Source: the human T2T-CHM13v2.0 reference genome, Homo sapiens
Length of the DNA stretch: 64,000 bases
Reading direction: 5' to 3' (one strand)
NCBI RefSeq assembly: GCF_009914755.1
Contig: NC_060936.1
The position numbers were made by a program, and so were the translations under genes. Of this stretch, positions 18,188-31,131 are shown piece after piece. Positions within the stretch are counted from its first letter, which is position 1. Every line of letters begins with the position of its first letter. Under the pieces are notes generated by a model. It did not search any database, had not been told where the DNA came from, and saw only the letters and a program-made list of their open reading frames with translations.

Positions 18188-18644
18188 GTCTCCCATCTCA
18201 GTAGTAACCAGGCCTGATCACACTTAACTTCCAAGCTCAAACGATATCAGGGACATTCAGAGTGGTGATATGGTTTGGCTTTGTGTCCCCACCCAAATCC
18301 CATTTCAAATTATAATACCCACGTGTCAAGGGAGAGACCTAGTGAAAGGTGATTGGATCATGGGGGTGATTTCCCCATGCTGTTCTCATGATAGTGAGTG
18401 AGTTCTCATGAGATCTGATGGTTTTATAAGGGCCTTTTCCCCCTTTACCCCCTCTGTCTTCCCTTTTTCTTGTGAAGAAGATGCCTGCTTCCTCTTCCAC
18501 CGTGATTGGACGTTTCCTGAGGCCTCCTCAGCCATGTGAAACTGTGAGTTAATTAAACCTCCTTTGTTTATATATTACCCAATCTCAGGTGGTATTCTTT
18601 ATAGCAGTGTGAAAACAGACTAATATAGGTGGTATGCCCTAGAC
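18188..18644 (-). pseudogene. 5S rRNA pseudogene (about nt 1-90 of 5S) split by a THE1D LTR
   Basis: 18188-18265 matches the reverse complement of 5S (GTCTCCCATC..AGTA.TAACCAGGCC..CTT..CTTCC..). 18628-18644 GGTGGTATGCCCTAGAC supplies the 5S 5' end (GGTGGTATGGCCGTAGAC). Confidence 0.88.
18266..18627 (+). mobile_element. THE1D solo LTR
   Basis: TGATATGGTTTGGCT...GAGATCTGATGG...ATTAAACCTC...GACTAATATA. 5-bp TSD AGTGG/GGTGG. Confidence 0.92.
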
Positions 18645-20397
18645 AAATTCCACCTTCATAAGGGACAGTAGACAATGTGAGTAGCTGGAGGAAACCCACC
18701 TATCCTTCTTTTTACACAATCTTTGCTTAACTTTTGATGATACAGGATTGACCAGCAATTACAGGTTGCTTTTCAGTTTACACTTTTGTTTGCATTATCT
18801 TGTTGATTGCCAATATCACAAAATGGTTTTATTGTGAATATTTTCCTTTGATAGGTGAGGAAACACAGACTCAGAGAGGTTGAAAAGTGTTAGAATCCGC
18901 ATAAGCTTTCTGACTCTAGGAATGTGTTTTGGAACATGTGCTTGAGACATTAAGAAGTATAATTGATTAAATGACTATATGTGGAACTTACCAGAATATA
19001 AGCTGGAGAGACAAAAACAACTCCTCACCTCCGCAGAAGGCTGCCTCTATTGCACACAAATGAGAAAATATAGGTTTCCATGAAATCACAAAAATAACAA
19101 GGTTAGATGCAATACATAAAATATATATTATATTTTAAAAGAAATCAATCCTTGGTTCACAGCTCAAAATAGCTTTTTTTTTTCTGGTGCAGCAGAGGAT
19201 GCTCTAGTATTATATCAAGCAACAGTTAGTGAGCAAAAGTAACTGAATGCAATATATTTACCGACAATAGTGCCAGGGCTTTGTAAGCCACAGTATTGAT
19301 TTACTTCTTTCAAAACCAAAGTGACAGCAAAAGGGGGGGGGAAATCACATGATTCAGGGAAGATATCTGAGGATTTAAAAGTGGCAAACACAAATCCATT
19401 AGTTTTAAAATGGGTCAAAAGACAAACCAGAAAAACTGTAGACTAGCAAATCAGTGAATTCAACCTTTATTGTAGAGAAAATACAAGATATTGTGTAAGG
19501 GAGAATGTGGGAGGAAAGAAGTCAGGAAAGGAGTTGGAAAAATAACAGCTTTATGAATCTACACCCAAGTGAGTATGTAGAGATTGTATTCATACCTGCA
19601 GTCACAAATTATATTTTTTTGTTGTTTTATATTCTGCAGACATGTATAATTTATGTATCAGTTATTTTTTAGAGTATTTATAAAACTGTTTCAATAATTT
19701 ACTTATCATTGGTGAGTCAAGTAAATAAAACAAAATCTTGGTTAGTGATCTCTTTGCTGGAGTAGCCCAATGTGGCTCAGATAATGTATCCACCTAAACC
19801 TAGAAGAGGTAAAGCTGTATTTACCTTGTTCCTATTGTTATCTGGAATCTCTTCTCTCAGACTTGAATTAATGGGATGATAAGCCCTAAGAAGTTGCAGC
19901 TTAGTATAGCTACCTTCAGAAGAGGTTGTGACACACAATTCACAGCACGCTTGGCCAAATTCCTAATCACTGCAACATTAGCGGGAGTGAGTACAGGATA
20001 GAAGGGTTGAGAGAATGGCCAAGCCAATCCTGCAGATGAAGGGATGACAGATTTATGTCATATTCAGCCCAATCTCCACTCAGGTGCTAAATGTAGGTTA
20101 CCATGTTTGTTGTTGCATTGCCATAGCAATGCCCCCTCTCCTAAACCATAAATGATAAAGAAAATCTTGCAAAAATGATATACTTTTTGTATTAGAGTGG
20201 AGCAGAAACAGCTTTTTACTTTGTTTACTAAACTGCACCTCTTTATTTACAAAAATATATCCAAAATGCTATAGTTGGTAGAGTTCTATTCCATAATTTT
20301 TTCTCTTTGTCACATTTAAATTTTACTATGTCTTTTTTTTCTCATTGGTTCTTTGACAAAAAGTAATTAGAGTTTCATTACCTTACGGCCCTTAAAC

Positions 20398-20545
20398 ACA
20401 GTATTTTTCAAAGTGTGCCAAGACCACCTGCTTGTTAAAATGCTCCTATCCTAGTCCCATCCTAGATTTTCTAAATCAGAAGGTCTAGAAATGTAGTACT
20501 GAAATTTGTAAGCTTAACAGGACCCCTGGGTGACTTTTAAAAATG
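20398..20545. mobile_element. MER5-like hAT DNA transposon fragment
   Basis: CAGTATTTTTCAAAGTGTG..CTTGTTAAAATGC..TAAATCAGAA..TAACAGGACCCCTGGGTGA. Confidence 0.55.
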
Positions 20546-21011
20546 CTGAGTAATATCCATAAAGAAAAGTGCATCTTTCAGAACTAGACAGTTTGCTGAA
20601 TTTTCACATTCTGAATACACCCGTGTAACTAGCACCTTGAACAAGTAACAGAATATGACCAGCACTTGATCAACTCTGTTACTGTCTCCACCAAGGGTAG
20701 TTATGAGCCTGATTTCTAAGAGGATAAATAAGCTCTACTTGTTTTTGTAATTTATATGAATTAAATAAAATAGAAGGCATTTGTGACTGGCTTATTTTGC
20801 CTTTTTTGCTTGATGTTATGTTTTCCTGCAGTTGTAGACTTTTTTATTGTTGAATAGTATTATTTTGTGAATATACCATGAATTATGTATTCATTCAACT
20901 GTTGATTGACAGTTGGCTAGTTTCAAGTTTGGCGTTATTTTGAAGAGTACTGCTATGAACATTCTACTGCATGTCTTTTTGGAGTATACATGTTTGCATT
21001 TCTGTTGGGAA

Positions 21012-22296
21012 TGTCAAGTCAAAACGTGCACCAGATAAAGTTAAACAGGTAAGGATGACTTTATTCAAGGCTATTACAATAGGATAGAGAGAGCAGAGCA
21101 CAGTCTAAACTCAATTCCAGTGTATGGATAGGAGAATTATTAAGAGCAGGTATGGGAGGATTGTGTGTTTGCCAACTGGCCATAACTAATTATCTGCCTT
21201 TACCATAGGAGATAGCTGTGTAGCATGGAAGTGGGGACCCACTGATGTTAGGCTTCTACCCTCCAATAGATACTGAGAGATAGGTCTCCCAGTTGACTAA
21301 ATATGGATTACATTTCAAAGGGATGGCTTCCAGGTCCTGGAGAAAGACAGTCCTAGGTATATAACTGGCAAGAGGTTTTTTTTTAAAAGAAAATTTACAT
21401 TAAAAAAATCCCCTACAAAATAATAATGAAAGAAATTTAAGAGGACCCAAACAAATGCTCATGGATTGGAAGAATCAATATTGTTAAAATGACCATACTT
21501 CCCCCAAAAATCTATAGATTCAATGCATTTCTTACCAAAATCCCAATGTCATTATTCACAGAAATAGAAAAAGCAATTCTAAAATTTGTATGGGAGCCAA
21601 ACAGAGCCTGAATACCCAAAGCAATCCCAAAAACAGCAAGCTGGTGGCATCACACTACATGACCTCAAAATATATTACTAGGCTATAATAACCAAAAATA
21701 GCATGGAATTGGCATAAAAAGAGACACATAGACCAATGGAGCAGAGCAGATAATCCAGAAACAAATCTACGTATTTATAGCCAATTGATGATTTTTTTGA
21801 GAAAGACACTAAGAATATACATTAGGTAAAGGACATACTTCAATAAATGGTGCTGGGGAAACTAGATGTCCATGTGCAGAAGAATAAAACTGAACTCCTA
21901 TGTCAAATCATATAAAAAATTCAACTTAAGATGAATTAGTGACTTAAAATAAGACCTAAAATTATAAAAGTACTAGACGAAAACAGGAAAAATACTTAAG
22001 GACACTGGCCTATGCAAAAATTTTATGGCTAAGACCTCAAATGCACAGATAAAATGGAATTATATCAGACGAATAAGCTTCTGAACAGCAAAGGAAGCAA
22101 TCAGCAAAGTGAAGATACAATCTGTTGAATGGGAGAAAATATTTGCAAACTATTCATTTGACAAAGGCAGAGAAAGAATTTATAATTACAAGTTTTCCAA
22201 AGTAAATGCTCTAAGGAAGGTCAGCCCTCTAGAGTAAGGAAGAACTCTATCTAAAGTTTAGTCAAGCTGAGGGAAATGTTAAGTTCATCTTCGTCA
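21012..22296 (-). mobile_element. ERV1-class solo LTR (MER67-like), interrupted by an L1 fragment
   Basis: TG...CA ends; GACTTTATTCAAGGCTATT; TTACATTTCAAAGGGATGGCTTCCAGG; AAAGTTTAGTCAAGCTGAGGG. Family name from recall. Confidence 0.65.
21401..22167 (+). mobile_element. Internal L1 (L1MA/L1PB-age) ORF2 fragment with no 3'UTR or poly-A
   Basis: GCTCATGGATTGGAAGAATCAATATTGTTAAAATG...AATAAATGGTGCTGGGG...GGGAGAAAATATTTGCAAAC. Confidence 0.85.
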
Positions 22297-22799
22297 ATTA
22301 CATTCCTAAGAGTGGAATTGGTGGTTCCATAGGTTATGCAAATCTTCAGCTTTAGCACTGTCCAACATATCATTTTCCAACAGTATAGGAAAGTTCTTAT
22401 TGCTCCACATCTTTAACAAAACTTGGCATTTTATTTTATTTTGACCATTCTGGTATGTATAAGTGGCACAGTATTTCATTGCATTCACCTATTTCTATTT
22501 TACTAAGTGATTTTTAGCAGATATGGGCTTTGAATTTTGTCTAGCACCTTTCATCCTATCTGGAGATATTCTTATGAGTTTTCTCCTTAGATATATTAAC
22601 ATAGTAAAATATTTTAATAAAATATCTAATACTGTACCATCCTAGCATTCTTCAATTGTTTATATTAAAATATTTTTGTTTGCCCGTGCAATTATATTTG
22701 ATGATATTGTATGAGGATTATTCACCAATGTTCATTGGTGATATTATTCTGTAGACTTCTTTTTAGTGCTATCTTTATCAGACTTAAAAATTGATGTTA

Positions 22800-22907
22800 A
22801 AAATTGTATAGCAATATCACATAATTGCATGCCATCCTTGAGGAGGAGCCGAACTAATCTTCTTTGTATTGTTCCAATTTTACTATGTATACCCCTGAAG
22901 TGAACAC
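22800..22907 (-). pseudogene. Full-length, diverged U6 snRNA pseudogene (RNU6 family)
   Basis: Reverse complement aligns end to end with U6 (GTGTTCACTTCAGG..AAAATTGGAACAATACAAAGAAGATTAG..CAAGGATGGCATGCAATT..TTTT). Confidence 0.9.
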
Positions 22908-25900
22908 ATGTCCATTAAGTTTTAATTTCAGAGAGTAAATTCTTATTACAACTTTTCTCTGATGTGATTCTTACCCTTCTCCTCCTCCTATTACTCCTCT
23001 TCCTCCTCCTCTTATCCTGGCTTGCTGTAGTTTCTTTCCCTTCTTTTATATCTTCATCTCATCACTCTCTATTTACCTCTGTATATGCTATGCCTTCAAA
23101 ACGCTCTAGTTGATAGTGGTCATCTGATAAACATCTATCAGATGGATGAAGAGCTGGATAAATAAATTTCTTTTATCATATTCAATGTATTGATTTTAGA
23201 GGGCTTATTTCTTTCGAGGTTTGTAATTTTTTCCTGTGAGCTTGGCAGAGGTCTGTGGAAGTTCAATACAAACTGCTACGGGAAAATGTGTGCTTCAATA
23301 AGGAATTTAGGGTTTTCAATAATCCTCAAGTAGCATTAAGTTAATTTCCTAGAATGTGTCTCTACTATCACGTAGGCAATATATATGTAGACTCCATTCT
23401 CGATCATGCAATAGGCCTTGATATCCTATCTCTTATGGTGGTCTTCTTTTCTTTTTTTCCTTGATATGTAGCCAGTATTTAAAAACACTTTTCAAGGTCA
23501 GTAGTTAGGGTTTTTTGCCTAAGTTTTTTTTTTTTTATTTTTAATAATGCCTAGGGCAACATTTGAAGGATCTCAGCCATACTCAGATGACTGTTTAAGC
23601 TTTCAACCTTTTAGAGATGAGAGGCCACATTTTCTTTCCATATAATGGTGTTAGATTTTAACCCTCAAGGATTATTGAAGCACTCAAGAGTCACAATTGA
23701 ATTACTTTGAGATTGCTTCATCTGGTTTTGAGTTTTCTATTTGTTACTAGCACCTGACGATCCCCTTTCTTTTTTCTTTATGCTTGACTGCATATTTAAC
23801 AACTTTCTAAATTATACTTTTACAGTATTTGTCTATGTGATGAAACCGGGTATCTGTTTATCATCTTGGTCTTCAATATTACTGAAAATCATTTCTGGGT
23901 GAATATCATGTTCACTTAAAAGTGATAGAGAAATTTAATGGTCTAACAAAACCAATTGTATTCTATTTATAACAACAGATATTTCTTAATGTAGAGTATT
24001 TTTATCATATTAGTATCCCATATCAGTGGAGGATATATACAAAGAGAATACATAAATTATTAAAATGACCAAGATGTGGCCAAAAATGTATGAGAAAATC
24101 CAGTAAACAACATATTATCAGGTGCCAAAGGAAGGTAGTAAACAGAGTTAAATGCCACACAGTACTCAGGTTTTACAAGATCAGAAAATTGTGTATTTCA
24201 CTTGAAATATTAAAATCACTGGCCACTGTTGACTCTACCCATAACAGGTTTGCTGTTTTTGTGGGAGGAAAGATCATACTAATTAGGGTTAGAAAGTAAA
24301 AGGGCAGTAAATGAGCAGATGCAATGAGTAAGAATTACATTTTAGAAATACTTGGCCATTGAGGAAAGGAGAAAAATTGCAAGGTGGTTAGAATCAGTGA
24401 TTGGGATGAGAAGAGATTTATTTATCTTTATAATGGGAGAGACTAGTAATTCCATGAACAAAGAGGCAGTAGAAAGGGAATACTATTTATTAAGGAGAGA
24501 GATGGCATCACTGATGAAGTGAGTTACCTAAGGAGGCAGTGGAGATTGGAAATAACCTTAAAGTTGTCCGAGAATTATCAAGGCACATGAAGGCCATGAT
24601 TTCAGAGGTTACATAGCTATGAAAGAATTCATTATCTGCTTACCCCAAAGACATTCTCCCTCTACTTACTTAATATGTAAACCTTGACTTAATTAGAATG
24701 GCAATATGCCCCACTCCAGAGGGTCAGCCTAGTCATTGATTTACGTTAGCTATAGGAATATCTCTTTTTCAGGATACTTACTTTCCTAAGTTTTCTTGTA
24801 GTTTTCATCAAGAAAGCAGAAACTTAGGTCTTCTAAGGAGCTTTTGTGTATGCTTTTGCTTTACTGTTAAAAATAAATAACTAAAAGACCCATGATGAGT
24901 AGATGGGGCGAGAATAAAAAGACTAAAAATCAACAAAAACAGACAGAGTTGGGAGATCAATGAGCTCAGAGTCTTAGGTAATTTTTTGTAAACTCCTGCA
25001 CCACATCTAAAGTCTGTGTTAGTTGTTTTCAACCAAAAGTTGTCTATAACCAAAGATAACTGATTCAAGTCATACAAAACTTTTTCTCAATATTTGTTTG
25101 CTATTTTGCACAGTATTACCCAGTTGATTTGAAAGTGTAGCATATGATAAGTAGCATTTCTATTTTAATATATCATAGAACTTTGAACTTTAAAAAATGT
25201 GTCTCAAATACCCTGGGTTTCACCATTTTATATGATTTCGGTCATGCAAGAAAAGTATAGTAAAATTAGTAATTAGTAAAGGTGTAGTAATTGTTTAGCT
25301 TCTCATTACCTAGCTTCTCATTACTTACATTGCTGAGATTCACTAAATATGTTCTATAAATCAATTGAATATAACCCATTTAGTTCATTTTATGAGACAT
25401 GCTCTAAAATGCTTTACCTAATTCCTCAAGATGAATTGAGTCTTCCTGCTTGAACAGCTTTTGTTAGATGTTATTTTCACCCATTCTATGAAAACTCTTT
25501 TTTTTGTTACATAGTTGTTAGCTATTCATGTAAATATCTCTGCTATCAGAATGTGTTATGAAACTTACTGAATCCAGTAAGTTCCAGTCAATTGGATTTA
25601 AACAGGAATAATGTACACAACTTCCAGGTCATATCACCAAGTAGGAAATTTCATGCTCTTCACTACTACTTCTCATTTTCCTTTCTTACAGGCTGGAATA
25701 AGGATGGGATGCTGGTGAGTTAGCTTTGACAATGCCGAATAGAAAAACACTCTAAGGGATCTGGATGCTGGATGAACTCACTGGAGCATTACTGCCTGTT
25801 TGCCCTGTTTCTTCTCACCTGTCTCTTCCAATGCTAAGCCATATGCAAGCCTCTTCTAAACTCAGGTTCCACTGGCTGAAAGATGACAAAGGGAGGATGT

Positions 25901-26029
25901 AGAGCAATTCTGAAAAGCTGAGTATTTTCTCCAACGAAACTACATTAACCTGGAAGAGACTAGGTTATATTGAATCTAAAATGGTGGTGTTATTCATCCA
26001 CTTCGTATCAGAAATGGAGGTCCCTGATG

Positions 26030-26312
26030 AAATTATAGTCAGTACAAACATACAGTTAGATAGAAGGACAAGTTCTAGTATTTGATAGTTCACTAGGAAA
26101 ATTATAGCTAACAACAATTTCTGTATGTTTCAAAATAGCTAGAAGAGAAGAATTACAATGTTCCTAACAACAAAAAAGACAAATATTTGAGGTTATGAAT
26201 ATCCCAATTACTCTGATTTGATCATTACACAGTGTATACATGTATCAAAATATTACATATGCCACCAAGATATGTACAACTATTATATGACAATGAAAAT
26301 TTTTTAAAAAAA
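26030..26312 (+). mobile_element. L1MA (L1MA5-7-like) 3' end
   Basis: TTCAAAATAGCTAGAAGAGAAG..TGATTTGATCATTACACA..ATATGTACAACTATTAT. Confidence 0.8.
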
Positions 26313-26431
26313 GTTAGTATGGTGAGAAAGATTTTCTGAATATCTGATGTAGTTGTAGGCTCTAAACTATATTACCATAAAATAGATAATTTATTGAATT
26401 CAAAGACTACTCTTCTAGCAATGTTTTGCTG

Positions 26432-26570
26432 GTTTTGAGACAAGGTCTTGCTCTGTTGCCCAGGCTGGAGTGCAGTGTGGTGCAATCATAGCTCACTTCA
26501 GTCTCAAAGTCCTGGGCTCAAGTAATCTTCCTGCCACAGCCTCCTGAGAAGGTGCACACCACACCTGGCT
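26432..26570 (-). mobile_element. FRAM / AluJ right-arm monomer
   Basis: GAGACAAGGTCTTGCTCTGTTGCCCAGGCTGGAGTGCAG..TCCTGGGCTCAAG. Confidence 0.8.
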
Positions 26571-27216
26571 GGTGCTGTGTTTCAAACATGGGTATAGAAG
26601 GCAAGGAGGCAAGACCTCTGCTCCAAAGGGAATGCTAGTAATAGAGAGAATAAAGTGCAAATGGGTAATTGATATTCATTTTGGAAAATATTCACTATAA
26701 AAATGTAAATTCTTCTTATGGTTTAGGAGGTTTAGAAGGTTTAGGAGGCACACATAGGGAGAAATCGATTAAATGCAGAAGAATTAGAAATGTCTTTTGA
26801 ATCTAATTACTTCAGGTACTTGCAACAATATTGCCATTAGTTGGAAAAATGATGTTTAAATCCTAGGTGCCATCCTTTTATTAGAGTGATGTTCAATGGA
26901 AGGAAGTTCAAAGACCCTCCACTTTTGGAGGCCACCTTGGAACTGCCTGGAAGAAATAATTTCTATTGTGACTTTGAGATTAACATGCATTTAATTGTGT
27001 TATGTTTGTTAGTAGCAAATAATTGTGGTTTAATAAAATACATATGTAGCATGTCACATATAAATTTCCTTAGAAATGAGACTAAGCACATTTCTATAAA
27101 CAAGCTGCTTTAATTCCTGTATTTGAAATCTAGCGGCAGCTGTGTTAAAATGGAGGCTCCTTTGAAGGATGGTCTTGACAGAGACCAGATTCTGGAATGT
27201 TAAAACATAGCATAGC

Positions 27217-27265
27217 AAAAAAAAAAAAAAGAAAAAAAAAAGAAAAAAAAAAAAAGAAAAAAAAA
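27217..27265. repeat. Isolated poly-A tract (49 bp, three G interruptions)
   Basis: Seen directly. Confidence 0.95.
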
Positions 27266-30200
27266 TCTCCTCTGCCTATCTGTGCCTGGAACTCTGATTG
27301 AGATTTTTAAGATTTTCCTGGGCACAGTAGAGGATACATTGCTTCAATGTCACATGCCAAATTTAAACCAATAACAGCCATTCAAACATTACAGTTTCTT
27401 AGCTATTGTATAATGTTTATGAAGAATCTAGAGGTGATTATACCCACTTAATTTTTCCCCTGTTTATCTTAAATAGGAGATAGATGAAGGAGGGAAGGGA
27501 ATCTGAATGTTGCATAAATGTAACGATAAGGGAAATAACATGCACAGATTGTGACAATCCACTTGGAAAAAAATCCAAACTAATTTTGTTCTATTTCTTC
27601 TAAGCCATCTGAGAGCCTTTCTACATTTACCCATACAGACTAAATTACACTGTGATTGAGTTTATGGAAAGATAGCAGCACATATGTAGATGAAAGCACA
27701 GACAGATATTTATGAAAAACTGGGTTTCTGTAAAAAAAAAGGGAAAGTTGGTAGTTATTTTAGGTATATTAGTTAATGTTTAAAAATGGAAACTTTAAAG
27801 AATATGCCACTTATTCAAACATGCCACTTTTCCTCAAAAAGAGAGAAACAAGTTTGCCATTATAGGCCGCTGTTAAATGTTGGCTTTGGCTGGTACAGCC
27901 TTTTGTCTTCCCAGCTGTATGAATCACCTCTACAATATGTCCCTTTTGTTTGCATACTGGGATTCAGTGCCTGTCTGGGGGTGGGGGAAATGTGTGGAGA
28001 AAAACCTGTTACTTTGTTACCCTAGGACCAGATTGTTTCAAGTCTGTGTGTGCATATTTTATTTCAGAGTCTTTCCTTAAATCTTGGCTTTCTTTCTTTC
28101 TTTCTTGCATATTTCTGCCCATCCTAAATGAATAAACCTAGTTTTGAACCAAAAATAAGTTGCATGATATTAATAAATCAAAATTGGTAAACCCCTTCTG
28201 TTTACTCTTAAAATTGTCAGTGAAAAATAGAAAATATACTGGCCTTTTATGTTCCACTTGCAAGCATATCTAATCCTCTCTTTATAAAATGCACTTCCAT
28301 TTGTTAGTGTGCAATTATAAGTCTCCATTTTTATGGGCATGCAATCTGTGTCTATATTTACATATAGACAGTTTATGTTAATTACAATTTGTACATGTAT
28401 GGTATATATACATTCACTAAGATGAATGTGTTCTAGGCATTTCTGTGAGCATTATTTTTGTTAAATTCTTTTGGGGTTGGCACCAATATCACTACTTCAG
28501 ATATAGAAACTGAAACTTGGAGAAGTTAAAGGGAATTTATCCTTGCAGATAGCTATGTAACATTACTGTTCATCTGCATAAAAACAACCTGGTACATAGG
28601 GAGAGGCCAGACTGGGCTCTGGTGGAAAGTGGAGCCTTATTTGAATTAAGGACGATATGAGTCAAAATCATGATCTTTAGATTAAACCAAGATGCCAACA
28701 CATTTTAAGTCTGAAATGTTCTTTTTTTTTTTTTTTTTTTGCTCACCCAAAATAGAAAAGAAATGCTTTAAAACATTATTTTATAGGACTAGGTCTGTCT
28801 CATAATAGAAATTATATTTCATTAACTTTTGGGTTTTTTTGTTTTGCCAGTTAGGAATCAAGCATTTTACCCATTTAGATGTTAGTCTACCCGTGACATA
28901 TTTTTGTTGCAAATGCTGTAATTTAAAAAGTCATATGTGTTCACTATAGAAAATCTGCAAAATATCTAAATGTACAAATAGCCCTGACATTAATATATAG
29001 CCACTGTGAAATTCTTGCCTTATGTACTTGCAATATTTTTGCAATGTATATGTGTCTGTGTGCACATTTTTTTCTTTTAAAAATTATGCTCAGGAATAGA
29101 AACAATTTGGTTATTAATGTGTGAACTTTTAAAATATTATTATTGTAAAGTAGGTTTTCTTTGCAGCGTAGTATTGCGTCATAGGATTATACCTCATTTT
29201 TTCTAGCCAACTCTTTATATTGTGAAACTATATGTTAAGTTCAATTTTTCCATTTTCTGAATTTTTCTCTGAATATTTCGCACTCTTTCCAACCCAGCAA
29301 TGTTTGCAAGTGCCTGTTTGCATACTTTCAAAAGTGTTGGATGTTAATAATTACAAAGAGTTTGCAAATTAGATAAGCAAATTATAACATTTTAGTTTTA
29401 ACTTGTATTTCATTACCAGTATAAATAATTTTTCATTTGATTGTTTTCATCTCTTGGTGGATTCAGTCACCTACTTTCATTCACTTGGTTATGTTCATTC
29501 ATTCTTTTGAAGTATGCAGATTTAGGGTTTATTTGCAGACCAGGTTCTGTGCAGTGGGGAACATACTTTGTCCTAGCCCACACAAATCTTAAAGCCTCAC
29601 AAGTTAGATAAACAATGAACATAAACACAAATGCATTCTTTTAATTGCAAATTTTTTTGAAGTACTCTTGAAGAAGTGAACAGGGTGCTGCGATGGAAAA
29701 AAAAGGCATACTTCTTAGAACAATGTTGTTTCTATTTGAATGGATAAAATATGTGCGTGCACAAGATTTAATATATACAAGTAAATTTACCCTGTTTATT
29801 TTACCCTGTGAAAGTAACTCTCTCAACTCTTTTTCAAATCTTATTTTCAAAGGCAATCAATATTTAATTATTTTCTCTATATCTTTATAGAGATAACTAT
29901 GTGTGTCTGTGTGTTTCTGTGTGTGTATGTATGATTTTTAAAAATGTGAAAGTACTCACCATTCCTGATGATTTTTTACTTGGAAACCATTGTCATCAGT
30001 ATTTATAGAGCTGCCTCATTCTTCTTAGTAGGTACATATATTCTATATATTTTTTACTATATGGATACAACTTAATTTAGATAATACCCAATTAAAAATA
30101 TTTCCTTTTATTTGACAACTGGGTTTGAATTCTGAGTCATATCTTGTTATATTCTCTGTTATGTTATTTTTTTCTTATATTGTATTTCCTTTTTTTTGTT

Positions 30201-30786
30201 TTTGTGATAATTTGTGCAGCATGTATTGTTTCAGTAAATACATGTGTACATATAGGTGATTTTATATACTTAATGTTCTATTTTTTAAATAGTATCATTA
30301 TCTTACTAGTAAAGAGTAATGAAGTTAATATATTTTTACATAATTTCTTTTACAACTCAATTTTTACTGATTACACCACATAATTTCTCTCAGGGTTTTA
30401 GTCTTTATTTTTAAATTTTCAAATTGACAAGTAAAAATTGTATATATTTATGATACAAAACATAATGTTTTGATATTTGTATACATTATGGAATGGCTAA
30501 ATAGAGCTATTTAACATGCATTACTTCACAAACATATATGTATGTGTGTATGATGAGAAAACGTAAAATCTACTGTCCTAGCAATTTTCAAGTATGCAAT
30601 GTATTAGCTGTAAGCACCATGTTGTACAATAGATGTCTTGAACTTATTTCTCCTAATTCACATTTTGTGTTCTCTAACTAACATCTTATCAATCCCCTCA
30701 CCCCAAGACTCTGGTAATTACCATTTTATTTTCTGTTTCAATAAGTTGCACTTTTTAAGATTCCATATATGAGAGATCATGTGGTA

Positions 30787-31131
30787 CAGTCATGCGTTGC
30801 TTAACGATGGGCATATGTTCTGAGAAATGTGTTGTTAGGAAATTTCATCATTGTGCAAACACTATGGAGTGTACTTCCACAAGCTTAAATTGTATAGCCT
30901 ACTGCCGAGTAAGCTATATGGTATAGCCTATTGTTCTTAGGCTACAAGCCTGTACACATGTTACTCTACAGAATACTGTAGGCAACTGTAACACAATGGT
31001 GAATTTTCCTGTGTCTAAACATATCTACATATAAAAAAGCTACTGTAAAAATAACATATTATAATCTTATGGGACCACCATGGTATATTTGGTTGTCATT
31101 GACTGAAACACCATTAGGTGGTGCATGACTC
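30787..31131 (-). mobile_element. Tigger3a/MER7A
   Basis: TA|CAGTCATGCG...GCATGACTC|TA inverted termini. Confidence 0.88.

Larger units (their letters stand above)
20550..22798 (-). mobile_element. Old L1ME-type element in fragments (20550-21011, 22297-22490, 22505-22798) hosting an LTR and an L1 insert
   Basis: L1ME 3' motifs (GCTGAATTTTCAC, TGCTATGAACATTCT, AGAGTGGAATTG). 22505-22798 on the minus strand resembles the ORF2 segment KPDKD..KK..YR.ISLMNI...IL. Confidence 0.7.

Noticed and set aside
25296-25324. 15-bp tandem duplication (similar short duplications at 32744, 37383/37429, 41220, 46382)
   Set aside because: Ordinary two-copy slippage duplications; no spacer-repeat (CRISPR-like) organisation.
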